Shown here piece by piece: positions 25,205 to 45,473 of a DNA stretch of 64,000 nucleotides. Source of the stretch: the human T2T-CHM13v2.0 reference genome, Homo sapiens; NCBI RefSeq assembly GCF_009914755.1, contig NC_060929.1; one strand, given 5' to 3'. Made by a program: the position numbers and the translations under genes. Position 1 is the stretch's first letter. Each line of letters begins with the position of its first letter. The notes under the pieces are model-generated. The model did not search any database. It was not told the origin of the DNA and worked only from the letters and a program-made list of their open reading frames with translations.

Positions 25205-26230
25205 TTTTTTTAATTCCAACTTTTATTTTAGGTGTATGGGGTACTTGTGCAGGTTTTTTACATGGGTATATTGTGTGATGCTGAGGTTTGATATGCAAAC
25301 GATCCTGTCACTCAGGTAGTGAGCATAATACCCAATAGGTAGTTTCTCAACCCACACCACCTCTCCTTCCCTCCCTCCTCTAGTGCTCCCAATTTCTATT
25401 GTTTCGATCTTTATGACCATGTGTACTCAGTGGTTACTTCTCACCTGTAATTAAGAATATACAGTATTTGGTTTTCTGTTCCTGCATTAATTTGCTAAGA
25501 ATAATGGCCTCCAGGTGCATCCATGTTGCTGCAAAGGACAGGATTCCATTATTTTTTATGGCTGCATAGTATTCGATGGTGTGTATATACCATATTTTCT
25601 TTATCCAATCCACCATTGATGAGCACCTATGTTGATTCCATGTCTTTCCTATTGCGAATAGTGCTGTGATGAACATATGAGTGCATGCCTGTTTTTGGTA
25701 GAATGATTTATTTCCCTTTGGGTATATACCCAGTAATGAGATTGCTGGGTTGAATGGTAACTGTTTTAAGTTCTTTGATAAATCCCACATGCTTTACACA
25801 GTGGCTGAACTAATTTACCTTCCCTCCAATAGTATGGAGGCATTCCCTTTTCTCTGCAACTTCACCAACATCTGTTATGTCTTGACTTTTTAATAATAGT
25901 CATTCTGACTACTGTGAAACAATATCTCACTGTAGTTTTGATTTGCATTTCTCTAATAATTGATGGTGAACTTTTTTTATGTTTGTTGGTGCATGTATGT
26001 CTTCTTTTGAGATGTGTTCATTTATTTCTTCTGTCCACCTTTTAACGGGGTTACTTGTTTGTGCTTGTTGAATTTTTTAAGTTCCATATAGATTCTGGAT
26101 ATTAGACTATTGTTTGATGCATAGTTTGCAATCTTTTCTCCAATTCTGTAAGTTGTTGGTTAATTTGGTTGATATTTTCTTTTGCTTTGCAGAAGCTCTT
26201 TAGTTTAATTAGGTCCTCCTTGTCAACTTT
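25205..26230 (-). mobile_element. L1PA15/16-like 3' ~1 kb
   Basis: ORF2 C-terminal peptide (ORF 25434-25790: PAISLLGIYPK...WNQHRC...WIKKIWYIHTIEYYAAIK) plus characteristic 3'UTR. Confidence 0.92.
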
Positions 26231-26669
26231 TAAATTAAAATAGAAAATAACTTATTATTCTACTTAAACATAGAGGAAAATCAGTAATGTGGAAATTAAG
26301 GCAGAGACTTTTGGGGACAACTGCTTTCAGAAGAGCTTGTTGAATTAAAAACAGATCCATTCTTATTTAAATGTCTGCCACATCATTATTGAGAAAATCA
26401 TCCGGAATACTCTGTGAAAGGACTGATGTATTATGAAGTTCAGTTTAGTTATGCACCTACAGTTAGCCAGATTGGGATAGACCCATGTAAATGTAAAGTA
26501 TAATTATGAATATTTGAAGCAATTTATTATATTTTAAACAATTTTGCCTTCTAACATAGAAACACCTACATGATAATTCATTTTGATTTCTGATTTGTTT
26601 CTCATTTTTCCCCTTGTACTATACAAATTATTGCAATGATAACACTTATCACATATTCTGTATTTCTGA

Positions 26670-26970
26670 AAATATTTTCCTGTCCTCCTTGTAGTTGGGC
26701 ATGTTCATGTTACTTCTCCTGGCCATGGAATTGTGAACAGTAATGCTCTATGTTACATACAGAGAATCACAGTGAAAGGTTCCACATCCAATTTTTCCTT
26801 TGTCTTCCCCTGTAGCAGCAGCTTAGTTAGTACACATATTCCAGATATTGCTGTGACACAGAGGTATATTTTCTGTCATCCTGGACCTCAATGTATCTAA
26901 GGACAGAGACTCCTGCTATACTGATTTTAAGACTATTTGTCACTGCAAATGGCCTATGCTATTCTAATAT
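26670..26970 (+). mobile_element. Old MLT1 (MaLR) LTR fragment
   Basis: cctccttgtagttgggcatgttcatgttac..ctggccatggaattgtgaacag resembles MLT1H/J; strongly decayed. Confidence 0.5.
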
Positions 26971-28373
26971 ATAGCCCATGTTTTTAAGGTATAAAATCTA
27001 GTTAAGATTTAGAAGCAGTTTAAATTGAAAATATTCTCCATCTTTGGGAAAGAGGTCAATTCCATTCTTGAGCATTATATGAAGAGAGAATCTGGGTTAT
27101 ATTGAGTGCTATGGAAGCTATTAGTACTAGTTTAATAAAATAGTTATTCTGCTGGAATGCCTTAAGGTAATAATATTTTATATTTATTTAATTATATAAT
27201 GAAGCTCAAAAATACCCAGTTTGGCTGCAATCAGCAAAATTTATTGGTTTAAATTTTAAGTACTAAAGTTGGCTGATTAGTCATACAAAGGATTGTTCAC
27301 TTGCCAAATCTGTAAACTGTATTCGTAGACAAATAAAAGCCTGGACAATCTGCAAAGTAAAGTAAATTACTTAAAAACTACTTGGGGGTCATCCTAAAGA
27401 ATAGTAAAATCTTAATTAATCAGAGTATTCTGCATATAATATTTCAGCTGAATGAAATGTATGTCACATGTCTGTTATAGTAAATTAAATATACATTATT
27501 TCCACATACATTTAATTTATACACATTCCACACACATACATACATGTGCATGTAATGGCATATGATCTCACTCTGTGGTTTCCTCTGGGAAAGAAAAATT
27601 AGTGTACAATTATTTTTGGCATTTTGCCAGTTCTGTTGTGTATATTGAAACCAATGATGATTATTCAGTCAAGAGTGCAACAGATAAGGTAAAGAAAAAT
27701 GTTAGTAAAACAATCACAGTAAATTGAGGTTTTGATCTTTGTGAGCAAGGTTGGTGGAATTTTGTTGCATACTCTATGTGTTTTAAACATAATTATAATC
27801 TACTTTACTATCACAAATAAAGGGATATTAAAGTTGTATCATGAGCCTCTACATTTATACATATATTTCTATGAAATAGAATGTGAAAGCTAAGATTTGA
27901 GCCTATAAAGGCAGAATTTGTAAGAATATATTGGAAAAACTAATATTAAAATGTAAGTTTTCTATACAATTATTTTGAATTTAATAAATCCTCTGAAACA
28001 GACCCTGTAGTAATTTTTCTTTACATGTAATAGTATTAGAATACATGTAGAAAGTATTCCTGAAATGGCAATTAATGTATTTTAACAAAAACATTACATT
28101 ATGAATTTTTACTCTTTTATCATATAACATCATCTATTAGGACACCTCTGTGACTACAGCACTTATTTAAATTATTTCGTTGCCTACACCATTTTTAATT
28201 ACACATAAATATTATTATTAGTAGTAATTTTTAATCTAGCTAATTGAAAAGCTTGAGAAATTGAGTAGATATTTACAAGGTTTATTAAAATCATCTGTTG
28301 TATTGACCCTTTTAATTATTATACTAGCACTAGATTTAATCATTCTAGGACTATAGAACAATGCCTTATAATA

Positions 28374-28740
<367 letters not shown>

Positions 28741-29934
28741 TCAATATACAACTCATAGGCTTTATAGAAATTTTACAAATACCTATAAATTTAACAATTT
28801 TATTGATAGAAAAAGAAGAAAAAGCAATATGTTTTACTGTTCAGTTGCTTGGAAAAAATGTAAAGTTCTCCTTTTTTTAAGATACTAAATAATTAATTTA
28901 CATACGTATTTAATGAGCAATCTAGATTTTGGAGAAATCTAGAACAGAAATTTTTTTTAAAAAAATTTATATTGTCTTTTTTTTCTATTGAAAATATTTT
29001 AAATCTCTTAATTTTTATTAACTTTTGTTTGGATTGTGTTAATTATAATTCCACATTATAATACTATAAAAGTCACCTTCAAGGTGGCTCTGTTATATTA
29101 CAGATGGAAACATAACATCTAGTATAATTAAAATATAGGTTTCCTTTATAAAAGAGGATATGGAAACTCATTTGTATGCACTAAACTACATAAATCAGAA
29201 GACAAGGTAAAATACTCCCAAATAAGGTACAAGATTCTCAGTCCCCCCACTACCCACTCTGCCATTTCCTGTGAATGTAAAACTGATCTTATGTACATGG
29301 AGTGGGGGTTCTAATAGGCATAATGGAAAACTCACATATTTGCTCTCTTAGGGATCATTCTCTCCTCCTAACTCCTCCTAGCTGCTTGGGATATTCTAGA
29401 TTTTTGCCCACTTGCTCTCCACCTGTAAGTAATTTTTACAAAACAATCCAGCATTCTTTTCTATTTATTGTGAGACTGAATAATTCAAAGGTCAATTTCC
29501 CTTTGTATCATTTCCTCAAGGAATAAAATATCAATACTGATTGAAACAATTACATGTTCAAAATACAATAAAACAACAGAATATAAAACTTTTGCTAAAG
29601 CAAAATTGACACGTAATTCAATTAAGAGTTATTAGTTGTGAATTTGTCATGTTGCTACCCTTCTAATCAGCATGTATCTATGTGTATACACAAAATCATT
29701 GAATTTGTCGAAGAATTCTGAACATACCAGAATGTTAATTACAGGTAAATATTTGGTTCATTTAAAGTGAGACTTTATCCACATTTAGAATCACATATAA
29801 TTTTCACTGTTTGCCTAGTAGAGTAAATGCACCTCCCCAAATTTTAAGTTACCAAATTTTGATTCAGAAATAATTTTGTTATGTGTGTAGATCAAATGTT
29901 ATGCATTATATGAATTTTGCAATTTTACTAGTGA

Positions 29935-30417
<483 letters not shown>

Positions 30418-30464
30418 TATAATATTTTAATTATCATATAATTACAGCACCTGTCTAAAGTTTT

Positions 30465-36405
<5,941 letters not shown>

Positions 36406-37909
36406 TTGTGTTTGCTTATCTTTTCCTTCTTATTTCCAAATTATTTGCAGGTCGTTTTGTACTACACTTATTTGTAAATTACCATAAAAATTAATTAAAT
36501 ATGTAGAAATGTACTGTCATGTACACGTGACTAAAATTAGGTTATTTATGAAGAATATTTTTTTGTTTTCTGAAGAATAAGACCACTAAATAAATATTAT
36601 AACATATATAAAGCCTATATTTTCTTTTTTTATGTTTTAAGGTAGGTGTTTTTTCTAGTGTTATCCTGTAGTTTTTTACTGATAATGGAATGTGATAGGG
36701 TTTGGATTCACTCTTTGAAGTGCCAATACATGTCTAAAAATAAGGATAAAAGCATTATTATCTTAGTTTTTCAAAAATAACAGAATTCACTGAGCATCAT
36801 AAAGCTGCCTTAAACAAAAATATAAAGTAACTATAACTACCTCTCCAATAGTGGAAGGCATAACCTGCCACCATTTATCCAATTAGATACATTCCAGGAG
36901 TAATGGTATTCTTGAATCATTTGACTAGCTTTCAAGCACCAGTCATGAGAAGAATAATATGGAATCAAGAAGAGCTGAAAAATTTCTCCTTTTTTCTTCA
37001 ACTATTCATCTCTGCGGGCAAGCATCAATATCTATTACATTATCAGTCTGAGTGCTTGCTACAGATACAGTAGGATGCCTGATTTCCATTCTTTCCTCAA
37101 CTTACCTCAGTTCGTAAGTTCATCAGCTCTGGGGAGGTACAGTTACTTCCCACTGAGCACTCTTTGAGTCCGTCTTCTGACTTGAATTTCTACCATAAAA
37201 GCAAAGTCATTATTCAGTGAATTAAGACATGCTGATGAGCAACCCATTTTCATTCTGGCTAGCAGATTTTCATTTTAAGAGGAAGATAAGCAATGCCTTT
37301 AGATTTTCACTCCATGAAATTTATTTTCACCATGGTGATTATGATTGACTGCCATTATATATCTCTAATCACATTTGTATTCATCTTATGTTATATTGTC
37401 TTCTGATACAGAATCACCCAAATATGAGTGTTTCTTTACAACCCATGGTTACAAATCTATTTGAATTATGTTCATTAAAGAGTTTTCCCATCAGAAAACA
37501 AAACAAACAAGCATAAAGCAATTGATTCTGCTGCTATCAATGTACTGAATAAAATCTCTTTGAAGAAAATAATTCTGGAAGTTACTTTTCTTGATATTGA
37601 TATCGAAAGGACTATATATTAAAGTTTCTAGTGAAAATGGATAGAAACAGATCCATCTAATTTTTATGATTTTTTATTTTTTTCTAAATTATAACTTTAC
37701 TTACTAAAAATAAAATATGGCTACATAATCTGAAATTATAGCATAGTTATCCCTTCATAAATGACAAAAAATAAAATTAAGAATGTTGATCTGGGTTATT
37801 TTTTCTTCTTTGATCTAGTCACAATAAAGAGCTATAATATTTTTAAATAATTTTTATTCGTTATCTGTTGCTCAGCTAAAATTTAAAAATAGCTCTAAAA
37901 CTGATTAAA

Positions 37910-38197
37910 TTTTTTTTTATTTTTGTGAGACAGAATTTCACTCTTGTTGCCAAGGCTGACATGATCTCGGCTCACTGCAATCTCTGCTTCTCAGGTTCAA
38001 GCGTTTCTCCTGCCTTAGCCTCCCGAGTAGCTGTCATTACAGGCATGTGCCACCACAGCTGACTAATTTTGTATTTTTAGTAGAGATGGGGTTTCACCAT
38101 GTTGGTTAGGCTCAACTTGAACTCATGACCTCAGGTGATCCACTTGCCTTGGACTCCCGAAATGCTGGGATTACAAGCGTGAGCCACCATGCACAGC
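37910..38197 (-). mobile_element. AluSq/Sx-like
   Basis: Antisense dimeric Alu with small deletions. Confidence 0.95.
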
Positions 38198-39324
38198 AAC
38201 ATATTTATTTTTTGATAGCCAAAGTACTTATGAAGCAACCTTTATTAGACTTATTATTTCTGTTTTTTTTCCCTCCTTGGGAGCTCTTAGGTCAACTGTT
38301 TTTTTAATTTATATTCATTCCAAGTAAACATTTTATCTATCTTTTAGGTAAGCAATAGAATAAGCTAAACATGCCTAAGTTTAACTGATTATATAATTTA
38401 ACTGGAACTTTATAAATGAAAGCTGCCTATCTTGAAAGCAAGGAAACAGGAAACAGTCCAGGCACACAGTAGGTGCTCTTATCATATGGGTCATTTCTAT
38501 TATATTAATTATATAACAACTATTATATTATTTATATTCATCACATTAAGAATGACATTAGATGTGACATCTATATTTCTGCTCAATAAGGTCATGTATT
38601 TCCAACTTGTATCTCTTAGTTAGTTAGTTGCCCTACCAAAAAAAAAGAGTTTTTTGATCTCTCTCTCTAAGGAAACAGCAGCATTGTGCCAGTGAATAAC
38701 ATCAAAGAGGTTGTTAGAGATTGAATACTAACTAGTATTAGAGATTTTTTTAAAGGGTAAGATATCAAGGGAAAAAAGTCTACTAGCCCTTTATAAGTAA
38801 TTTGTAGGGTGGTTCATGTTGTAATCTACAGCAATGCATATGCATCATATGTTGGAGGTCTGCAAATATATCAACATGTTGCAGAGCTTGTGTGATTGCA
38901 TCTCATGCCCTTCACATCAGAGGAACATTTTCCTATGTATTTTCTACCCAGTTGTTTTAACTGTCTTGCTAGTTCTACTCAGTTCCATTTTCTAATTTTC
39001 CAGTATAGATTACTTGAATCTTCTGCATCTGGATGAATCCTTACTGAATTCTAACTATAATATGATGAGTTTATCCATAGACCATTCCATGCCCTTTTTA
39101 GTCTGAAATTGATATTTGACTACACATATTACCTGTGGATCCAGGTAATCTTTGTCTGCAAAACTCAAGTTGAGCTGCTCACCTGGAAGCTGGAGTATCC
39201 TCTGTTATTTCAGAGAAATTATTTATCTGAATACAGAATGATTTCCAGAGTATAATCTTGAATGACTGAACATTTATTTCTGCAACTCAACAGTAATATT
39301 TCCAGTTCTGTTGGCTTTTAATAT

Positions 39325-39895
39325 GAATTTCATTCATTTGACTTTCTTTTATTTACTCATTCATTCATTTCTTTATTCAAAAAGTTTTTAAATTCCCATT
39401 GTATCATAGAAAGAATATCTATATCCCTATGCATACTATAGTTATGCTGTTAATCTCCATGGTTTATATAAGTTTGAGTAGCACACAGATAACACAGATA
39501 ACACACAATAAGCAATATTGCACTGGCTTTCAGAAAATTCATGCTCTTATTTTTTAGTTTCCTTTGTTATTTGTGTCGTTAAAAAAATGACTGCAACATT
39601 TACAAAGGAAATGAAGGTAGGCACACAACTGGATCTGACAAGTAGAATTTTCTAGCTAGCCTAACGAGGCATTCATCCCATTCCCCTCTCCTGAACCTTG
39701 CAATTCAGGATCACTAAAGTAGGCAAAATAGTAGTGTCCATTTTTTCTCATTAGCAAATTTATGAATTAGTATTTAATTAAAATATATGTATTGTATTTC
39801 TATTTCAGGCGAGGCACTATGTTAAATACTAGTAATAAAATGTGAATATGTAAGGATCATCATCCTTGTCTTCATGGAGTTTATTGTCTTTAAGA
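39325..39895 (-). mobile_element. L2 3' end relics (probably two)
   Basis: (ttca)n tails and aggcactatgttaaatactag...ccttgtcttcatggagtttattgtc. Confidence 0.55.
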
Positions 39896-40570
39896 AATCA
39901 AGTGAACTGGCTTAAATCATATTTTTAATAGATCATATTAATTAGGTAAATTTCTCTGCCAACCTGAATGAGAGAATTAGTGCTAAGCCTTCTGAAACTC
40001 TTTGAAATCAGAATGAAAAACATTTTTCATCTCAGTGGAACATTTTCCTAAATATATTTTTTTCTATGTGAAACGAACATTTTCTCAGTAAATGTACTTC
40101 TAAACAGACTTGCTGAATGTTGCATTTCTAGATTGATGGTTCCAAAATATTTATTCATGGGCATCTTTCTGCAAAATCACAACACAAAGGAGACCAACAA
40201 TTCAGTGTATTTAAGTATCTGATACAATTCTTTGGTGTCATATAACAAAAATGATTTTTTTTGCTGGAGAGGAAATCTTGCTTTCAAACGGTCTTTTGGA
40301 ATAAGGTGGACGCTAAAATATATTGAGTAGCTTTAAAAGTCTGCAGGCATTTAACAGACTTTTATGATGTTTAGATTTGCCTCAAATTTATCCTTTTTAA
40401 AAAATATTTTAGATTTATTTCTTGAATTAAAATAACAACAAGAGTGCAGTTAACTGATTATAAGGAGTACTTTGAGATATCTTAACTCATGTTTTTGGAA
40501 TGCCTAAAACACTCCTACCTGGTAAAATAGATGCTTGAGATGAAAAAGGAAGGCTATCTTTTTTCTTGCT

Positions 40571-41032
40571 GTGGTAGAGACAACTCTTTTTTACCCAATA
40601 TTCATGACCTTATTATTATCTATTTAAACTACCCTGTCAATATTTGTTAAGCATATGACTACCCAAAATAAAGACTAGCTTTCCCATCCTTGTTGCCACA
40701 AAGCTTGTCCTTGTGACAAGCTCACACTAAAGGTTGTATTTTATGTTTACAAATTGAAAACTGTCTTGAAACTGAGGGGTATTCCCTTCCCCTTCCTCTT
40801 GCTTCTTCTGGCAGTTTATAAAGATGCACCACCATGTTTCATTAGCATGTGTGAGCGTTCTTACTAAACAAGATAAAAAAAAGAAGGAGCATTTGTCCCT
40901 GCTGGTAGAAAAATCCATACACACCTTGAATTACCCCTATTTATGGGAGACAGATAAAAACTTTGATCTTTTGGAATCCACTATTGTTTGGAGTTCACTG
41001 TCACCTTCATCCTGACTTAGTATCACTGACAT
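40571..41032 (+). mobile_element. MLT1J-like MaLR solo LTR
   Basis: tgtggtagagaca...tacccaatattcat...aaagactagctttcccatcct...ccactattgtttggagtt. Confidence 0.7.
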
Positions 41033-41790
41033 ACTCTCCATATTAGGAAATATGGCACATATTCAGCACTCGATACATATTGAAGCATTATTGTTCTTGA
41101 ACTTTGGAAGAAATAAAGTAAAAGTAAATTACAGCATAGGGTGAATTCCACAGAACAAAACCTTAATATCAGGATTCCTCTGCAAGTGACTTATTAAGAA
41201 AGGGTTTCTGGAAAACAGAAAATAGAAACAAACAGACAAAAATCGTGTAAAAGAGTGAGAGAAGCAGGTTAAGAGAGGAAGAAACCAAGAATACATGGTT
41301 TTAAGCAAAGTCCTAGCCTCAGCTTAATGATGAAGCTGGAGAGACAGGTTCTCAAAGCAGTAAGAAGGATGTATTCTACTGTTAATATAGATAAACATAA
41401 TCCAGAAATAATTTCACTAAACATAATGGTCATACTTTTTGGGTTTACTATGGCTTAATTAATAAACTTAAATTCATTCACAGAAAATAATACGAGGGCA
41501 ATAGCAACACCTAAATTACATTTCAAACCATATTTTGCATTATTTGGCATTATGCCTAGATCTAATAGGCAACTGCTCTCATGAATCGGTCTCAGAATGA
41601 CAAGATAAATTCAAGCATCTGAGTTATGACTCATTCTTAGTTCTGCCATTTTTAGTTAGTTTTACCATTTGTCATTTTAATAGTACCTATCAATATCACC
41701 TCCCCACAATTTTTTTCAGAAAAGTTGAAGGCAGTTATACAAATATAAAAATATATATTTTCTACAAAATACAAGCTCTTTTGTGAAATA

Positions 41791-41870
41791 TTAGTTTAAT
41801 GCAACAGTAATTGTGGTTTTTGCCATTGAAAGTAATGGCAAAAATGGCAATTACTTTTTCACCAACCTAA
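41791..41870. mobile_element. MADE1 (Hsmar1-derived 80-bp palindromic MITE)
   Basis: ttagtttaatgcaacagtaattgtggtttttgccatt gaaagt aatggcaaaaatggcaattactttttcaccaacctaa; 37-bp TIRs with a 6-bp spacer, flanked by TA. Confidence 0.95.
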
Positions 41871-42746
41871 TATATTTGGTTATAAATAAATGTATTACCT
41901 TAGCAAAACAAAATGTTTTTGAATTGTCAGAATTTTCTTTGTTTTTAAGGATGTATAATATTTAATTTTATGCACATTTTGCTTATCCATTCATTCAAAT
42001 GTAGGACACTTGGTTTGCTTCTTCATTTTAGCTCTTGTGAGTAATGCTGATATAAATATGAGTGTACAAATATCTCTTCCAGACCAGACCCTGTTTTCAG
42101 GGTGGCTGGTTCATATGGTAACTCTATTATTATTTCTTTGTGAAACTCCTCCTGTTTTCTACAGTGACTGTACCATTTTACATTTCTACCAACAGTTTAT
42201 AAGGGTTCTAATTTTCCATATCCTTGCCAAAACTTTTTTCTGTTTTTCTGATAGTGGCCATCATAATAGGTGTGAGGTGGTATTGTATTGTAGTTTTGAT
42301 TTGTATTTCCTTAATGATTAGTGATGTTGAGCATTTTTTTCACGTGCTTGTCGGCCATTCATGTATCTTCTTGGGAGAAAAGTTTATTCAAGTTCCTCAT
42401 TTATTTTTTTAATTTGGTTGTGTTTTTATTGTTGAATTTTAGGAATTCTCCATATATTCAGAACAATGAAATTCCTTATCAAACATAACATTTGCAAGTA
42501 ATATCTCCCGTTGGGTGGGTTTTTTTTTTTAATTCTGTTAATACTGTCCTTTGATGCACATTTAAAAATAATTTTCATAAAATACAATTTGTATTTTTTT
42601 ATGTCTTTGGTGTCATATATAAAATATCATCGCCAAGTCCAATTGTCATGAAGCTTTTGCCCTATGTTTTATTCTATGAGTTTTATAGTGTTAGGTCTTG
42701 TATTTAGGTCATGGATTCATTATGATTTAAGATTTGTATGTGGTAG

Positions 42747-43196
<450 letters not shown>

Positions 43197-43537
43197 TCAT
43201 TTCAGAATATATGTGAAATTTATTGTAGATTGGGCAGAATTAACATTTTAACAGTTTTAAAGCTTTAATCCATTGATATAGGATATATTCCCATTTATTT
43301 ATACCTTCTTTAATTCCTTCAGAAATGTTTTGCTGCTTTTAGTGTACAAGGCTTTTGTTTTTGTTTTCTTTTCTACCTCTTACAGTATTTGATTATTTTT
43401 TATTCTACTATAAATGAAATTATTTTCTTAATTTTATTTTCACATTGTTGATTGCTAATGTGCATAAATGCAACTGATTTTTGTGTGTTGACTTTATATC
43501 CTATAAATTTGCTGAATTTAGTTTTTAGTTCTAACTC

Positions 43538-43570
43538 TGCGTGTGTGTGTGTGTGTGTGTGCGTGTGTGT
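43538..43570. repeat. (TG)n microsatellite
   Basis: Direct reading. Confidence 0.95.
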
Positions 43571-45366
43571 CATTCAGGGTTTTCTTCATCTAAGATTATA
43601 TCATTTGGGTACAGAGATAATTTTTTCCATCATTCCAATTTGGAGGACTTTTGTTTGCTTTTCTAACGTAATTGTCCTGGCTAGGACTTCCACTACCATG
43701 TGAAATAGAACTTGCAAAAGAGAGCATTCTTGCCTTGTTGCTGATCTTAGAGGAAAAGATTTATTTTTTATCATTTGTATGATATTTGCTGTGACTTCTT
43801 ATATGGCTATTATTATATTGTGGCAGTTTCTTTCTATTCCTAGTTTGTTAAGATTTTTCATCACTATAGGGTGTTAAGTTTTGTTAAATGCTTTTTCCAT
43901 ATCAATTGAGATGATCATGTAGTTTCTTTATTCTGTAAATGTTATATGTTACATGGATTAATGTTTATATGATGAACCATCCTTGCATTTCAGAAATAAA
44001 ATCCTCTTGTCTATGGTATATAATTCTTTTAGTATACTACTAAACTTGGTTTAGTAGTATTTTGATGAGGATTTTTGCATCAATGTTCATAAAAGATAAC
44101 GGTCTGTATTTTTCTTTTCATGCAAAAGTATTTTTATCTGGCTTTGGTATTAGGGTAATACTGGCCTCATAAAATGAATTAGGTGAATTAAAAAGTGTTA
44201 CCTCCTCTTCAATGTTTTGAAAATTTGAGAAAGATTGATATTTGTTCTTTAAGTATTTGATAGAATTCACCAACAAAGCCATCAGGCCCTTTCTTTAGTC
44301 AGGAAATTCTGTTTGCTGATTCAAATTTCTTGCTATTTATAAGTTTATTCCAATTTTAAAAAATATTATTGTGATTTAGCCTTGGTATGTTTTGCCTTTC
44401 TAGAAATTGTTCCATTTCATCTAGCTTATCATTTGTTGGCATAGAGTTATTCATAGTACTTTCTTATAATTATTTTTAGTTCTATAGAATCGATAGTAAT
44501 GTCTCCTCTTTCATTTTGGATTTTACTAATTTGAGTCTTCTCTCTTTTTCTCTTCGTCAATCTGGATAAATAATTGTTCATTTTATTTTTTTTAAGACAC
44601 AACTTTTGATTTTGTTTATATTCTCAATTTATTTTTTATTCTCTCAGTTTGTTATTTTGGCTCTAATCTTTATTATTTCCTTCTTGTTAGCTTTGGATTC
44701 AGTTTGTTCTTTTTATAGATTTTTCAGTTGCATAGTTAGGTTGTTAATTTGAGATATTTATTGGTTTTTAGTGTAACTATTTATGGCTATAAATTTCCCA
44801 TTTAGCATTACTCTCTCTGTGTTCCCTAAGTTTTGATATGTTGTATTTTCATTTTTATTTTTCTCAAATTATTTCCTAATTTTCATTTTAATTTATTATT
44901 TAATCCATTTTTAACAGTGTACTAATTTCCACAAGATTGTGAAATTTCCAATTTTTCTTCTGTTATAGATTTCTAACTTTATCCCATTTTTGTTAGAGAA
45001 TAAATAAACTTTGGGTGATATATATATTTTTTAATTTACTACAACCTAATTTGTGGCCTACCATACAGTCTGAACTTGAAAATGTTCCATGGGAAGTTGA
45101 GAAGAATGTGCATTCTGATGTTGTTGGGTAGAGTGTTTAAGTATATGTTTGTTAGATCTAGTTGGTTTATCGTGCTGTTCAAGCCTTCCATTTCCCTTCT
45201 ATTATCTTCTCTCTGGTTGGTCTATCTATTTAGAATGAGGTATTAATGTTTTAAACAATTATCATAGAACCATCTATTTCTCTCTTTACTTCCATCAATA
45301 TATGCTTCATATACCTTGATAGTCTGTTATTAGGTACATATATGTTTATCACAATTATATCTTCTT

Positions 45367-45473
45367 TTTTTTTTTTTTTTTTTTTTTTTTGAGACGGAGT
45401 CTCGCTCTGTCGCCCAGGCTGGAGTGCAGTGGCGGGATCTCGGCTCACTGCAAGCTCCGCCTCCCGGGTTCAC
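45367..45473 (-). mobile_element. 5'-truncated young AluY (AluYa5-like)
   Basis: 83-bp right-arm end with CpGs intact, pure polyT, perfect TSD atatcttctt; sense strand reads gagatcccgccactgcac. Confidence 0.93.

Noticed and set aside
41140-41340. Possible LTR16/LTR33-like fragment
   Set aside because: Only ~60 bp resembles the recalled consensus; too decayed to call.
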